Positions 1 through 9,810 of a stretch of 64,000 nt of DNA are shown one piece after another (the stretch's first letter is position 1; the number at the start of each line of letters is the position of its first letter). The notes below the pieces were generated by a model. It ran no database searches. It was not told the DNA's origin and saw only the letters and a list, made by a program, of their open reading frames with translations. The position numbers and the translations under genes were made by a program. Source of the stretch: Candidatus Cloacimonadales bacterium (lineage in GTDB: Bacteria > Cloacimonadota > Cloacimonadia > Cloacimonadales > JAFGVF01); contig OY782781.1 of NCBI GenBank assembly GCA_963678315.1, positions 2,304,001 to 2,368,000 on the forward strand, given 5' to 3'.

Positions 1-445
1 CTTGCCTTAGAGCTTCAAACAGTATAATAGCAACACTATTTGATAGATTTATTGAGCGGATATCAGAAGTCATAGGAATTGTTATATTATAATCTTTATA
101 CTGATTTAATATGTCTTCTGGTATACCTCTTGATTCAGGTCCAAACATAAAAGCATCACCTTCTTTATATTCCAATGAAGTATATTTTTGTTCCGTTTTA
201 GTTGTACAATAATATATGTTTATGTCAGGGTATTTATCCATAAAATCTTCTAATGACTCGTGCATGAATATTTTCAATTTATCCCAATAATCTAAACCTG
301 CTCTTTTGACTAACTTATCAGTAAGCATAAATCTCATTGGTTTTATTATGTGCAATTCTAGATTTGCACCTACGCATATTCTTCCTATATTTCCTGTATT
401 ACTCGGTATTTCTGGCTGATATAAAACTACTTTGAATTTACTCAT
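1..445 (-). CDS. trmL: tRNA (cytidine/uridine(34)-2'-O)-methyltransferase, SPOUT family (3' end runs off the window)
   Basis: Not in the ORF track. Manual translation from ATG at 445 gives MSKFKVVLYQPEIPSNTGNIGRICVG...KRAGLDYWD...RSINLSNSVAIILFEALRQ, the TrmL signature motifs. Confidence 0.93.
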   Translation of the reverse strand, partial: MSKFKVVLYQPEIPSNTGNIGRICVGANLELHIIKPMRFMLTDKLVKRAGLDYWDKLKIFMHESLEDFMDKYPDINIYYCTTKTEQKYTSLEYKEGDAFMFGPESRGIPEDILNQYKDYNITIPMTSDIRSINLSNSVAIILFEALRQ

Positions 446-1499
446 TATATCCTCTTCTGTATTTTTTCCAATATTCTATCCAGTCAGCTAGATGCTTATC
501 AACAACCCATTGTTTGACTTTTGAATTAACATATTTATCAGGGAAGTTTAATCTTCTAAAAGATTCATGACGCTTAGCACTTGCATTTACTGGGTAATGC
601 TTTGTAGCAGTAGAAATTGCTTCTTGAATCTCGGTTTTGTGTAAAAAGACTAGAAACTTTTCACATGAATCCTGTTTCTTAGTGTGTTTTGTAATTCCAG
701 CAGAATGGATTATTTTGAAAGAACCTTCAGGAAAATACTTAAACTTCAACAGATTATTTCCATTATCAAGTTTTAATACTTCACTAATCGAAGTATAAAT
801 TAATCTGTTAGGCTTTTCCAGAAAATGCTTTATAGCTTCATTTTCATTTGATTTAATCTTATCAATACTGCTTTTAATCATCTTAAAACAGGATGAATAG
901 CCATGAAATTTAAATATTCCCACAATATTCAAAAAGCTAGCTCTTCCAATTTCTGTATCTATTGCATCACAAAGGATTAACTTGTCATAGAACTTCTCTA
1001 ATTGAAGCTCAGCAAATGATATTGGGAAATCTAGACTATCTTTTGTTTTACCAATCAGAGTTAAGAAGCTAAATTCATAGGGCAATAGGTTTTTATGCCT
1101 TGGAATCTTGTTATCGCTTCTGACTTTACTGAAATAGAAGTTACCTATATTTTGGAACATGTCCAAACTATCAATTTCTGTTACAAAGACATTTGATAAT
1201 CCTAATACAAGATCAGGGTAATTATGATAATCAACTTCTGCTAAACAATCGATAAGCTCTTTTTTACTTCCCCCGTTTTCCCATATTAATTTTATCTCTG
1301 AATCTTCGAGAAAAGACTGGCTTAAAGAATTACTAAGACTAGTTTCAAAAAAGTCATCCGTTGCTAAAATATATAAAGAATCTTTAGCTACTATATTATT
1401 GTTCTTATGGTTTTCTTTAGGTTTCTTATTTTTATCACTTTCAGAATTACATGCTATTAATAAGATAGAAAGACAAAATAAAGCAAATATTCGTTTCAT
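438..1499 (-). CDS. ABC transporter substrate-binding lipoprotein, divergent thiamine-binding (TbpA/ThiB)-like
   Basis: Lipobox LIAC. Segments PDLVLGL, LLPYEFSFL, FPEGSFKIIHSAGI and FLVFLHKTEIQ...YPVN resemble class II SBPs of the thiamine/iron type. No cognate permease is adjacent. Confidence 0.6.
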   Translation of the reverse strand: MKRIFALFCLSILLIACNSESDKNKKPKENHKNNNIVAKDSLYILATDDFFETSLSNSLSQSFLEDSEIKLIWENGGSKKELIDCLAEVDYHNYPDLVLGLSNVFVTEIDSLDMFQNIGNFYFSKVRSDNKIPRHKNLLPYEFSFLTLIGKTKDSLDFPISFAELQLEKFYDKLILCDAIDTEIGRASFLNIVGIFKFHGYSSCFKMIKSSIDKIKSNENEAIKHFLEKPNRLIYTSISEVLKLDNGNNLLKFKYFPEGSFKIIHSAGITKHTKKQDSCEKFLVFLHKTEIQEAISTATKHYPVNASAKRHESFRRLNFPDKYVNSKVKQWVVDKHLADWIEYWKKYRRGYNE

Positions 1500-1502
1500 A
1501 AT

Positions 1503-2243
1503 TTATAGTCCAAATAGTATCCAAGCAACAACAAAATCAAGAACCAATATCATAATGGAGGAATAAACAACTGTACGTGTGCTTGAATTACCGACACCTT
1601 CAGATCCATTGGTAGTCCTACTTCCTTCAAAGCATGCAATAGAAGTTATAGTAAAACCGAAAGCTAGTGCTTTTACAAGTCCACCTACTACATCAGATAA
1701 GGTAAAATAATTCTGCATATTTGAAAAGAATGTATAAAATGATATTTTGTATTTAGCAACAGAGAAAAGGTATCCCGAAGTTATACCAACAATCATAGAG
1801 AATATGGTTAGGATTGGGACCATAATTGAACCGGCAATAACTCTAGGCATATATAAAAAGTTATATGGGTTTACAGCCATAGATTCCATAGCATCTATTT
1901 GTTCTGACACCTTCATAGTCCCTATTTCTGCTGTTAAAGCAGCCCCTATTTTACCTGTTAAAACTAGAGCAGTAAGAACTGGAGCAAGTTCTACAACTAC
2001 AGATTTTTCTACTAATACCCCAAGATAACTTAGAGGAATTCTACCTTTAGTCTGATAAATTGCTTGTAATGCAGTTACAAATCCTGTAAACGTTGATGTA
2101 ATGATAATAAGTCCTAAAGATTCAATACCTATTTTCTTGCATATCTTTAGGAAATAGAATCTTCTTTTAAAAATCCTATGAATCTGAGAAAAAACTTTCC
2201 CAACAAAAATAATATATTGTCCCAGTCTAACAAAAAAGTTCAT
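1503..2243 (-). CDS. mlaE: MlaE-family ABC transporter permease
   Basis: ELAPVLTALVLTGKIGAALTAEIGTMKVSEQIDA and GSEGVGNSSTRTVV motifs; multiple hydrophobic helices. Confidence 0.9.
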   Translation of the reverse strand: MNFFVRLGQYIIFVGKVFSQIHRIFKRRFYFLKICKKIGIESLGLIIITSTFTGFVTALQAIYQTKGRIPLSYLGVLVEKSVVVELAPVLTALVLTGKIGAALTAEIGTMKVSEQIDAMESMAVNPYNFLYMPRVIAGSIMVPILTIFSMIVGITSGYLFSVAKYKISFYTFFSNMQNYFTLSDVVGGLVKALAFGFTITSIACFEGSRTTNGSEGVGNSSTRTVVYSSIMILVLDFVVAWILFGL

Positions 2244-3598
2244 TAAACCTCAATATTAGAAGGGGCATTCATTTCTAGATTTCTGAAAGCTGTTAAGTGT
2301 GGAATAAAGGCAAGTTTAACTGTTCCAACAGCACCATGACGGTTTTTACCGATAATCACTTCAGCAATACCTTTATCAGCAGAATCTTCGTGATAGTATT
2401 CATCACGGTAAATGAACATTACAAGATCGGCATCCTGTTCAATTGCACCTGATTCACGTAAATCCGATAGCTTTGGTCTTTTATCTTCACGAGATTCTAA
2501 ACCACGATTTAACTGAGATAAAGCGACAACTGGAACTTCTAATTCTTTAGCAAGAATTTTCAATGCACGAGATATTTCAGCAATTTCTTGTTGTCGGTTA
2601 TCTTTGAAACGCTGAGAAGACATCAATTGAAGATAGTCAATAAGAATCAAGTCTAAGCCCTTTGTCTCTGCTTTTAGCCTTCTTAGTTTAGCTCTCATTT
2701 CTAAGGGACCGTTAGTACCAGAATCATCTATAAATAAATCTTTTTCAGAAAGAGTCATTGCGTAGTTGGTGACCCTTGTCATCTTTTCTTCAGTCATTCC
2801 AAAACCTTTAATCATAGCATCCATAGGAACTTCTGAAGCTGAGGCTAAAATACGTATAAGCAATTCTTCATTTGCCATCTCCATTGTAAAAATAGCAACT
2901 TTCTTATTATGGTGCATAACGCTGTTAAAAGCCATATTTAATGCTAAGGCTGTCTTACCCATAGCAGGTCTTGCTGCAAGAATAATCAATTGACCAGGTC
3001 TGAAACCACCTGTCATCTTATCTAGATCATGGTAACCAGAAGATATACCTGTCACTGCAGTACGAGAAGATGCAACTTCATGAATGTTATCAAGGGTTGA
3101 ATTCATTAAGTCTCCAATCTTAGAGAAATAATCAGAATTCTTATTATTGGTAACATCATAAATCATTTGTTCAGCGTGGTCAATTATCTCAGATACTTCT
3201 CCTTGACCATTATAGCAATTCTCAATAATTGAATTGGAAGTAACAATCAACTCACGAAGAATAGCCTTCTCTGTAATAATCTTAATATGATATTCTAAGT
3301 TTGCAGTAGAGAGTACAACATCAGATATTTCATTTATATAGGCAACACCACCTATTTTATCTATTTTATCTGAACGTTTTAGCTGGTCAGTAATAGTTAC
3401 AAGGTCTATCTCGATACTATTTTTATATAATTCCTTCATAGCCTGAAAGATTGTCTTATGGGCAGTACGATAGAAGTACTTATCATCTAAATCGGTAATA
3501 GCTTGAGAAGCAGCAACGTTATCAAGCATCATAGCACTTAACACTGCTGCTTCAGCATTAATATCATAAGGTAATGAACGATCTGTATCAAAAGCCAT
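2243..3598 (-). CDS. dnaB: Replicative DNA helicase
   Basis: AARPAMGKT Walker A, IDYLQL, LSQLNR, DLRESGAIEQDAD, KNRHG. Confidence 0.98.
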   Translation of the reverse strand: MAFDTDRSLPYDINAEAAVLSAMMLDNVAASQAITDLDDKYFYRTAHKTIFQAMKELYKNSIEIDLVTITDQLKRSDKIDKIGGVAYINEISDVVLSTANLEYHIKIITEKAILRELIVTSNSIIENCYNGQGEVSEIIDHAEQMIYDVTNNKNSDYFSKIGDLMNSTLDNIHEVASSRTAVTGISSGYHDLDKMTGGFRPGQLIILAARPAMGKTALALNMAFNSVMHHNKKVAIFTMEMANEELLIRILASASEVPMDAMIKGFGMTEEKMTRVTNYAMTLSEKDLFIDDSGTNGPLEMRAKLRRLKAETKGLDLILIDYLQLMSSQRFKDNRQQEIAEISRALKILAKELEVPVVALSQLNRGLESREDKRPKLSDLRESGAIEQDADLVMFIYRDEYYHEDSADKGIAEVIIGKNRHGAVGTVKLAFIPHLTAFRNLEMNAPSNIEV

Positions 3599-4095
3599 TA
3601 ATTTTCATCCTTGTGTAATTTCTCTTTTAGCGCATCAGCAACTACTTGAGGAACTAGAGTTTTAACATCTCCATTAACAGCAGCGATGTTCCTAACCATA
3701 CTTGATGAAAGATACAAGAATTCGAATCTAGGAACTAAGAAAACTGTTTCGATTTCATTACTCAATTTCTTATTCATCAGAGCAAGTTGGAGCTCATATT
3801 CAAAATCTGATACAGCTCTCAATCCTCTAATCACAATATTGGTTTTATACTCTTTTGCAAAATCCACAACTAATCCTTCAAAAGCAATAGCTTTTGCATT
3901 AGCTATATGAGATATTGCTTTGGAGCAAAGCTCTTCCCTCTTATCAAGAGAGAAAAAAGTCTTTTTATAGTTATCTTTAGCAACAGCCATAATTACTTCA
4001 TCGAACATGGCTGCTGCTTTTTCAACTATATTTATATGACCCAAAGTAACAGGGTCAAATGTTCCAGGATATATAGCTATCTTTTTTTTTATCAT
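3598..4095 (-). CDS. coaD: Pantetheine-phosphate adenylyltransferase
   Basis: YPGTFDPVTLGH, RGLRAVSDFEYE, LSSSMVR. Confidence 0.97.
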   Translation of the reverse strand: MIKKKIAIYPGTFDPVTLGHINIVEKAAAMFDEVIMAVAKDNYKKTFFSLDKREELCSKAISHIANAKAIAFEGLVVDFAKEYKTNIVIRGLRAVSDFEYELQLALMNKKLSNEIETVFLVPRFEFLYLSSSMVRNIAAVNGDVKTLVPQVVADALKEKLHKDEN

Positions 4096-5336
4096 TAACT
4101 AAGAGTTTCCTTTCTTATCTTCTCTAAGTCTTCAACTTCTTTAGGAATGTTAGATGAAAGAACTCTGAAACCATCTTCTGTTACAAGCACATCATCTTCT
4201 ATTCTTACACCAATTGATTCTTCATCAATATAGATACCTGGTTCAATAGTAATCACCATTCCAGGTTCAAGAACAGAAGTTCTAGTTCCTACATCATGAG
4301 TATCTAAGCCTAAATGATGTCCAATACTGTGCATGTAGTATTTTCTAACTTCACTATCTTCTTTTATAAGTCCTAATTTATGACATGATTTAGTAATTAA
4401 TTCCACAGCTTTTTTGTTTAAATCAATGAAGCTAATTCCTGGCTTTATCATTTCAATGAGTTCCTTCTGTGTAGCTAAGACTTCGCTATAAACTTCTTTA
4501 CATCTTGGTTCAAAAGTTTCTCCGATTGGGAATGTTCTTGTTACATCTGCACTGTAGCCATAGCATTCCGCTCCAACATCACAAAGCACCATACAGTTAT
4601 CTGCAATTTGCATTTCATTTTCTATATAATGAAGAGTGGCAGCATTCTTCGCTGATGCTATAATTGGAGTAAAGCCCCAATGTCTAAATCCTTCACTAAG
4701 CATTTCATTATATAACATTGACTCTAACTGAAATTCAAACATGCCAGCTTTAGCATTTTTAAAGATAACATCAAGTCCTTGCCCTGTTATATCAATAGCT
4801 TTTTGTAATTGTTCAATTTCGAATTCATCCTTATACTGACGGAGAGGTCTGACAACTTCAGTTATTTCGCTTATAACAACTTGAGGATTTCTATCTCTTA
4901 GATCTCTAACAAATATTAATCTATCATTAAGGACTTTATCAATTCCTAAGTTTCCATAGTTAACATATAGCTTTTTAATAGCAAACATAGCCATAGAAGT
5001 TGAGAATTCATGGTTAAATTCATCAAGAAATTTAACATTTTCAATTGCTGAAATTTCTGTAGCTTCTTCAGGATACATTTTAGCACCTTCCCAAACTATT
5101 CTCTCAGGAATATTTCTTTCGATAAATAACTTAATGCTTATTTTTCCATTCGACTTTGCTACCAGTAGCTTCGCATTAGGAATTTCTAAACCTGTGAAGT
5201 ATAAGAAATTCTTGTCTTGACTAAATCTATTAACACCAACAGGTTCATTATTTGCAAAAATAAGAACTGCTTCATTATCTTGTAGTTGTTCATTTAAACG
5301 ATCAAATCTTTTTGGTAAAAATTCTCTAATTTCCAT
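4095..5336 (-). CDS. pepP: Xaa-Pro aminopeptidase (M24B)
   Basis: DVGAE, SADVTRT, HSIGHHLGLDTHD, TIEPG, GVRIEDD. Start moved to the ATG at 5336, which follows a GGAGGT RBS. Confidence 0.92.
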   Translation of the reverse strand: MEIREFLPKRFDRLNEQLQDNEAVLIFANNEPVGVNRFSQDKNFLYFTGLEIPNAKLLVAKSNGKISIKLFIERNIPERIVWEGAKMYPEEATEISAIENVKFLDEFNHEFSTSMAMFAIKKLYVNYGNLGIDKVLNDRLIFVRDLRDRNPQVVISEITEVVRPLRQYKDEFEIEQLQKAIDITGQGLDVIFKNAKAGMFEFQLESMLYNEMLSEGFRHWGFTPIIASAKNAATLHYIENEMQIADNCMVLCDVGAECYGYSADVTRTFPIGETFEPRCKEVYSEVLATQKELIEMIKPGISFIDLNKKAVELITKSCHKLGLIKEDSEVRKYYMHSIGHHLGLDTHDVGTRTSVLEPGMVITIEPGIYIDEESIGVRIEDDVLVTEDGFRVLSSNIPKEVEDLEKIRKETLS

Positions 5337-5359
5337 TTGTACCTCCAATTAGTACATAC

Positions 5360-6595
5360 CTATTTATTTTTAATTTTTAATTTTCCATATTCTCCATCAA
5401 AACCGGGAGGATCAAATTTGAACTGACCCTTTTTAACAGCAATGATTGCATACATTGTTTTTAAAGGAATTCTTTTGTCAAGAAGTTCTATAATTTCACT
5501 TTCAGTGCATCCCCATAATGCTATTTCAGTGCCACTTAAGGCAATAATATCCATATAAACCTCTATTACTCTCTTTGAAGTTATACTTTTTAATTCCAGT
5601 GAATAAGCTACTACTTCAATCAATGGTATTAAAGGATAAAATTCTCTTTTAAGAGCTTTTATGTTTTTATCTGCTAGTTGATTAATTCTGTCATAAACTC
5701 CGATTACCATTTTCTTACCGCATATAGGGCATTTATTAATTAATTTATCTTCATCGCTTAAAATATAGTAATCTTTACCAACATGTCGTTTAGAAGCATG
5801 ACCTGTTCTATAATATCTTCCTTCTGCTGGATTAAATTCAGCTGTAAAGTTTACTTTATTTTCTCTGATTGATGTGATAATCTGTTCATAAGATAAGCTA
5901 TCTATATTCAGGTTAGTAAACTCCCTTCCAATCCTGTTCAAAGCAGCGCTATGGCAATCACTATTAGAAATAAGAGTTAAATCAGAAACATAAGGTATCT
6001 GTTCTAACATAGGAGGATCTGCACTTAAACCAGTCTCAACTGCATGTATGTTTGCTAGAAAATCTCCATAAAATTCTTCAATACTTTCTAACATATTCTT
6101 ACAACCTAAAACTCCATCTGGAGTCATAATGTGGGCTGGTATTATCTCTATTCTAGGATCGATATTAGTTATTGCAAATAATCTTTCAACCATCTGTTCT
6201 CTGCTGTCTGATACTATAAATGGCCTGCCAATAGTATTCTTTTGCCCCCAATCATCCATCAACTTAGCCATTTTTTTGATAGATTTAAAATCTGGAAACA
6301 AAATTACATGATGTGCTACAGTCTTGTTCTTATAGCCAGCTAATTTAACTGTGAGGATTATTTCTGTTTGTAAAAGAAAGTTAGATTTATCATTGTTATG
6401 TAATTTATATAAGCCATTGTTTTGGCAAACAAGCTCTTTTTCTAAACAATTATAACGAGCTGGTAACAGAATATCACCTGTAGCAAATACATCAATACCC
6501 TTCATTTTCATAGTAGCTGAGACATCAGTTAATTCAATTTTTCCTACTCCTCCAGCATAACCTGAATGAGAATGTAGATCGACAGAAATATTCAT
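5360..6595 (-). CDS. Endonuclease Q family (PHP domain plus Zn-finger) DNA repair protein
   Basis: DLHSHS, PAHIMTP, ETGLSAD, SNSDCHS, GREF, EGRYYRTGH, CPICG and PGFDGEYG match EndoQ-type PHP proteins. Confidence 0.82.
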   Translation of the reverse strand: MNISVDLHSHSGYAGGVGKIELTDVSATMKMKGIDVFATGDILLPARYNCLEKELVCQNNGLYKLHNNDKSNFLLQTEIILTVKLAGYKNKTVAHHVILFPDFKSIKKMAKLMDDWGQKNTIGRPFIVSDSREQMVERLFAITNIDPRIEIIPAHIMTPDGVLGCKNMLESIEEFYGDFLANIHAVETGLSADPPMLEQIPYVSDLTLISNSDCHSAALNRIGREFTNLNIDSLSYEQIITSIRENKVNFTAEFNPAEGRYYRTGHASKRHVGKDYYILSDEDKLINKCPICGKKMVIGVYDRINQLADKNIKALKREFYPLIPLIEVVAYSLELKSITSKRVIEVYMDIIALSGTEIALWGCTESEIIELLDKRIPLKTMYAIIAVKKGQFKFDPPGFDGEYGKLKIKNK

Positions 6596-6605
6596 TTTTT
6601 CTCCT

Positions 6606-6641
6606 AAAAAAAAGCCTTGAATCCATAAGATTCAAGGCTTT
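6606..6641 (-). terminator. Intrinsic terminator after the 376-aa lipoprotein gene
   Basis: Inverted repeat AAAGCCTTGAATC-CATAA-GATTCAAGGCTTT with a T-tract on the minus strand. Confidence 0.8.
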
Positions 6642-6663
6642 AAATTAATCAAGCTAAAATTAT

Positions 6664-7794
6664 CTAGTTAGCTTCTACTCTTCCTTCAATTTTCTTGAAA
6701 TTAAAGTTACTTTTGTTTTTTAAGTTGTTATGAACACCTTGTTTTTTACCATCTGTTGAATAATCATAATTTGATGTATTAGCAATAGTAATAACTTCTT
6801 CATAAATTTCAGCTTCAAAAGCTTGATCATCAATAATTTTAATGTCATAAGTACCAGGTTCAACAGTCCATGCATAGTTGCTACCAGGAGCAATTGTTCC
6901 AGTCAACCAATCTTGACCCCATTCTGTGTTAGCAGAAGGTGAGATATAAACTTCTGTGATATTGTTTGAAGACATGTTGTTGATTTTTACAACACCACCT
7001 TCAGCTTCAACAGTATATTCATGCATTGCAGCGTAAGAAAAATCAAACTGTTCGGTTTTGTTAAATATAAAGTAACCAGATAATTGTAAATCTACATCAT
7101 CTTCATAAGAATCATCAATTACAGTTACAGTGAAGTCATCACTTGTACCAATAGTTTGGCTTGGATTATTATCAACTTTAAATGTAACTAAGCCACCTGA
7201 AGTATTTTTAACACCTAGAGTGCTAACGCCTAAAACTGTTACATCTTCTGTTAAAGCAATGTTATCAAAAGTATAAGTCTCAGAATTATCAAGATTAACT
7301 GTTAATTTATAGTTTCCAGCTGCTTTTAAAACATCAAATTCTTCACCTGCAGCTAAGAAGGCTGTTAAAACATTGTTTCCAAATTCAGATGAACTTGCAA
7401 GATATAAGTATGCTGAATTAATGCTAGCATTAAAATTGTTAACTATATTAACTCTTCCACCATCAGCTGTAATTGTTACATCTAATTCTTCACCTTGTGC
7501 AATTACGTAGGTTCTTTCAATGCTACTATCAAAATAGTCACCACTTACTGTATAGCTATCAGTGATTTCATCAAAATCAGTAAAAGATTCAGCATTATAA
7601 GTTTTTGATGTTGATTCTCCTGCTGCTAATACAAAACTAAAGGTGTAGTCAGGTAAGGTAACCTCAATTTCATGATTAGTTGCGTTAGTAAAAACTGCTT
7701 TAGTCACAACTGCATTATCATCGTCATCGTCTGAACATCCAATCATGAACAATGCCATGATTACAACAAGTCCTAAAATTAGTACTTTTTTCAT
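6664..7794 (-). CDS. Acidic, beta-rich lipoprotein with an internal duplication; function unknown
   Basis: Lipobox MIGC followed by SDDDDD. Two repeats of a GG(R/V)V.I.N...I...Y......(F/W)G...L....(A/P)G...G.Y module. Confidence 0.75.
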   Translation of the reverse strand: MKKVLILGLVVIMALFMIGCSDDDDDNAVVTKAVFTNATNHEIEVTLPDYTFSFVLAAGESTSKTYNAESFTDFDEITDSYTVSGDYFDSSIERTYVIAQGEELDVTITADGGRVNIVNNFNASINSAYLYLASSSEFGNNVLTAFLAAGEEFDVLKAAGNYKLTVNLDNSETYTFDNIALTEDVTVLGVSTLGVKNTSGGLVTFKVDNNPSQTIGTSDDFTVTVIDDSYEDDVDLQLSGYFIFNKTEQFDFSYAAMHEYTVEAEGGVVKINNMSSNNITEVYISPSANTEWGQDWLTGTIAPGSNYAWTVEPGTYDIKIIDDQAFEAEIYEEVITIANTSNYDYSTDGKKQGVHNNLKNKSNFNFKKIEGRVEAN

Positions 7795-7808
7795 AATTAA
7801 CTCCTATT

Positions 7809-8264
7809 TTATATTGTTTTCAAATCATCAATTAAATACTTTTTATCATCTTTAGACGAAATTAACTCAGCTTGTTCCATAGCCTTATTTTTAAACTCAT
7901 CTACTTTTTCAGTATTATTTTTAATAGCATAAGCTCGAGCTATCGATTCATAAGCATAAGCAAGTTCAAATCCTTTTAAATCGTTATCTAAACAGATTTG
8001 CTCATTTCTGAAACCATGTCTTAACGCAGATTCATACATACCAAGCACAGCATAAACTCTAGCTATTTGCCATTCTCCGATTGAGAATTCTTTTGGTCCA
8101 CCAATTTGAAGCCAGTGGTATAAAGAAGCATGAGTCTTATGTATCATTAATAAATCTTCTTCTTCTGTTCGCTCTTCTTTGTCTAACAAAGTCCAAGTCT
8201 CGTTAAATAAATTTACCGCAAAATATTTGTGTATTTTGCTTATATCTTCTTTCTTTTCTGGCAT
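7809..8264 (-). CDS. Conserved hypothetical alpha-helical (TPR-like) protein
   Basis: GGAGG RBS. HASLYHW, EWQIARVY and AYAYESIARAYA give a helical-repeat pattern. Confidence 0.7.
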   Translation of the reverse strand: MPEKKEDISKIHKYFAVNLFNETWTLLDKEERTEEEDLLMIHKTHASLYHWLQIGGPKEFSIGEWQIARVYAVLGMYESALRHGFRNEQICLDNDLKGFELAYAYESIARAYAIKNNTEKVDEFKNKAMEQAELISSKDDKKYLIDDLKTI

Positions 8265-8454
8265 TTTTCCTCCAATACTTTTATATTAAGTCTTTAACAA
8301 ATAATGTCAATTAATTTTTACTTATATTCTGTAAAAATTACAAAATTTACTTGTATAGTAAATCATTTTCTCACTTTTTCTGTATATTCTCTATACATAA
8401 TCCAAGTTGATGGATTAGGCTTTAAAAAATAGTTCATTATTTGGGCAATAAAGG

Positions 8455-8510
8455 CCTTGCTTACTAGCCTCATTGAAAAAGAGCCGTTTTTTCAAGGTGG
8501 CAAGTAAGGA
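8455..8510. repeat. Dispersed palindromic repeat, copy A
   Basis: CTTACTAGCCTCATTGAAAAA-GAGCCGT-TTTTTCAAGGTGGCAAGTAAG; homologous to 33898-33948 and to 61957-62014 (reverse complement). Confidence 0.85.
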
Positions 8511-8761
8511 TGAAGTTTAGTTTTAAAATAGTTTTATAAAAATTAATTTCTTCTGGGACATGCATAAAAAAGTAATTTACTCTTTCCATAATATATTTAA
8601 TCTATTCATTGTTGAATGTTAAATTACTTGCTTTCTTTATCTTGTGTATATTTACTGTATATTGAAAGTTACTAAATAATCTTTTAAAAACTAATAAATA
8701 TTATGTTGACAATTTACTTAAAGCATTAATAATTGGATTGAGTTCAAATATGGAGTGAAAA

Positions 8762-9745
8762 ATGAGCAGAAAATTTGATAAGCGCAAGCGTATATTAGAA
8801 TTTTTAAGAGATTTGCAAGGTAAATGGGCATCAGGTCAAAAAATTGCAGATGAATTAAAAATTAGCAGAAATGGTGTTTCAAAACATGTTAAAATTCTTA
8901 GAGAAATGGGATATGAGATTGAAGCATCTACTAAAAAAGGTTATATGTATTTATCTGAGACAAAGAACTTGAATAAATACGAGATTGAATCAGATGACGA
9001 AGACAGAGTTATCGGTAAACAAGTTTTTTTACATAAGCAAGTAAGATCAACAAATAAAAGAGCTCAAATGATTTCAATGTCAGACGATATACATGAAGGT
9101 ACAGTAATCATAGCAGAACATCAATTATCTGGTCGTGGTAGGAGACGTTCAGTTTGGCCTACATTTGCTAAACAAGGTCTTTACTATTCTGTATTACTAT
9201 ATCCTGATTGTGTAGTCGAACAAACCCCAGGCATAATATTTGCTTTGGCATATTCAATTGTTGAAACAATCAAAGATCTTTATGAATTAGAAGATGTTAA
9301 ACTAGATTTACCTAATTCTATAACAATCAACGGCAAAAAAGTTGGTGGAATTCTTATCGATAATATAACTGAAGTCGAAGATGTTAAAACAACAATAGCT
9401 GGAGTCGGTATCTATACAACATTAGATAGAGAAGATGAGCAGACTCAAGGAAAATATTGCATATCTGACTTTTATAATGGTTTCATAAATAGAAACGACT
9501 TCATGAGCAAGTTGCTAGAAAATTTCGATAAAGAATATAAAATATTTAAAAATCAAGAAAATTTAAAAGAAAACACAGAAAGATGGTCAACCTGTGTTGA
9601 TCAGCTAAATAAAAAAGTTGATTTGATCCTACACCAAAGAACAGGTACTATTCTTGGTATGGATGAAAACTTCAAAATTAAGTTTGAAAACAGAAATGGA
9701 TACGTTGAACGTATTAGATACTACGAAATTGATATCAAACAATAA
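8762..9745 (+). CDS. birA: BirA-like protein (N-terminal wHTH plus biotin-protein ligase domain), atypical active site
   Basis: SGQKIADELKISRNGVSKHVKILREMGYEI HTH, STN, HQLSGRGRR, GKKVGGIL. The KWPND motif is replaced by DLPNS. Confidence 0.8.
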   Translation: MSRKFDKRKRILEFLRDLQGKWASGQKIADELKISRNGVSKHVKILREMGYEIEASTKKGYMYLSETKNLNKYEIESDDEDRVIGKQVFLHKQVRSTNKRAQMISMSDDIHEGTVIIAEHQLSGRGRRRSVWPTFAKQGLYYSVLLYPDCVVEQTPGIIFALAYSIVETIKDLYELEDVKLDLPNSITINGKKVGGILIDNITEVEDVKTTIAGVGIYTTLDREDEQTQGKYCISDFYNGFINRNDFMSKLLENFDKEYKIFKNQENLKENTERWSTCVDQLNKKVDLILHQRTGTILGMDENFKIKFENRNGYVERIRYYEIDIKQ

Positions 9746-9770
9746 ATAGCAAAATATAAGATAATTAGAT

Positions 9771-9810
9771 TAATGAGAAAATGTTGATAAATTTCAATAT
9801 TTTCTCATTA
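9771..9810. terminator. AT-rich hairpin after birA, possible terminator
   Basis: TAATGAGAAAATGTTGA-TAAATT-TCAATATTTTCTCATTA (17-bp stem with one G:U). No clean U-tract. Confidence 0.45.

Noticed and set aside
8680..8715. BirA operator upstream of birA (GTTGACA half-site)
   Set aside because: No matching inverted half-site at the expected spacing; more simply a -35 TTGACA.
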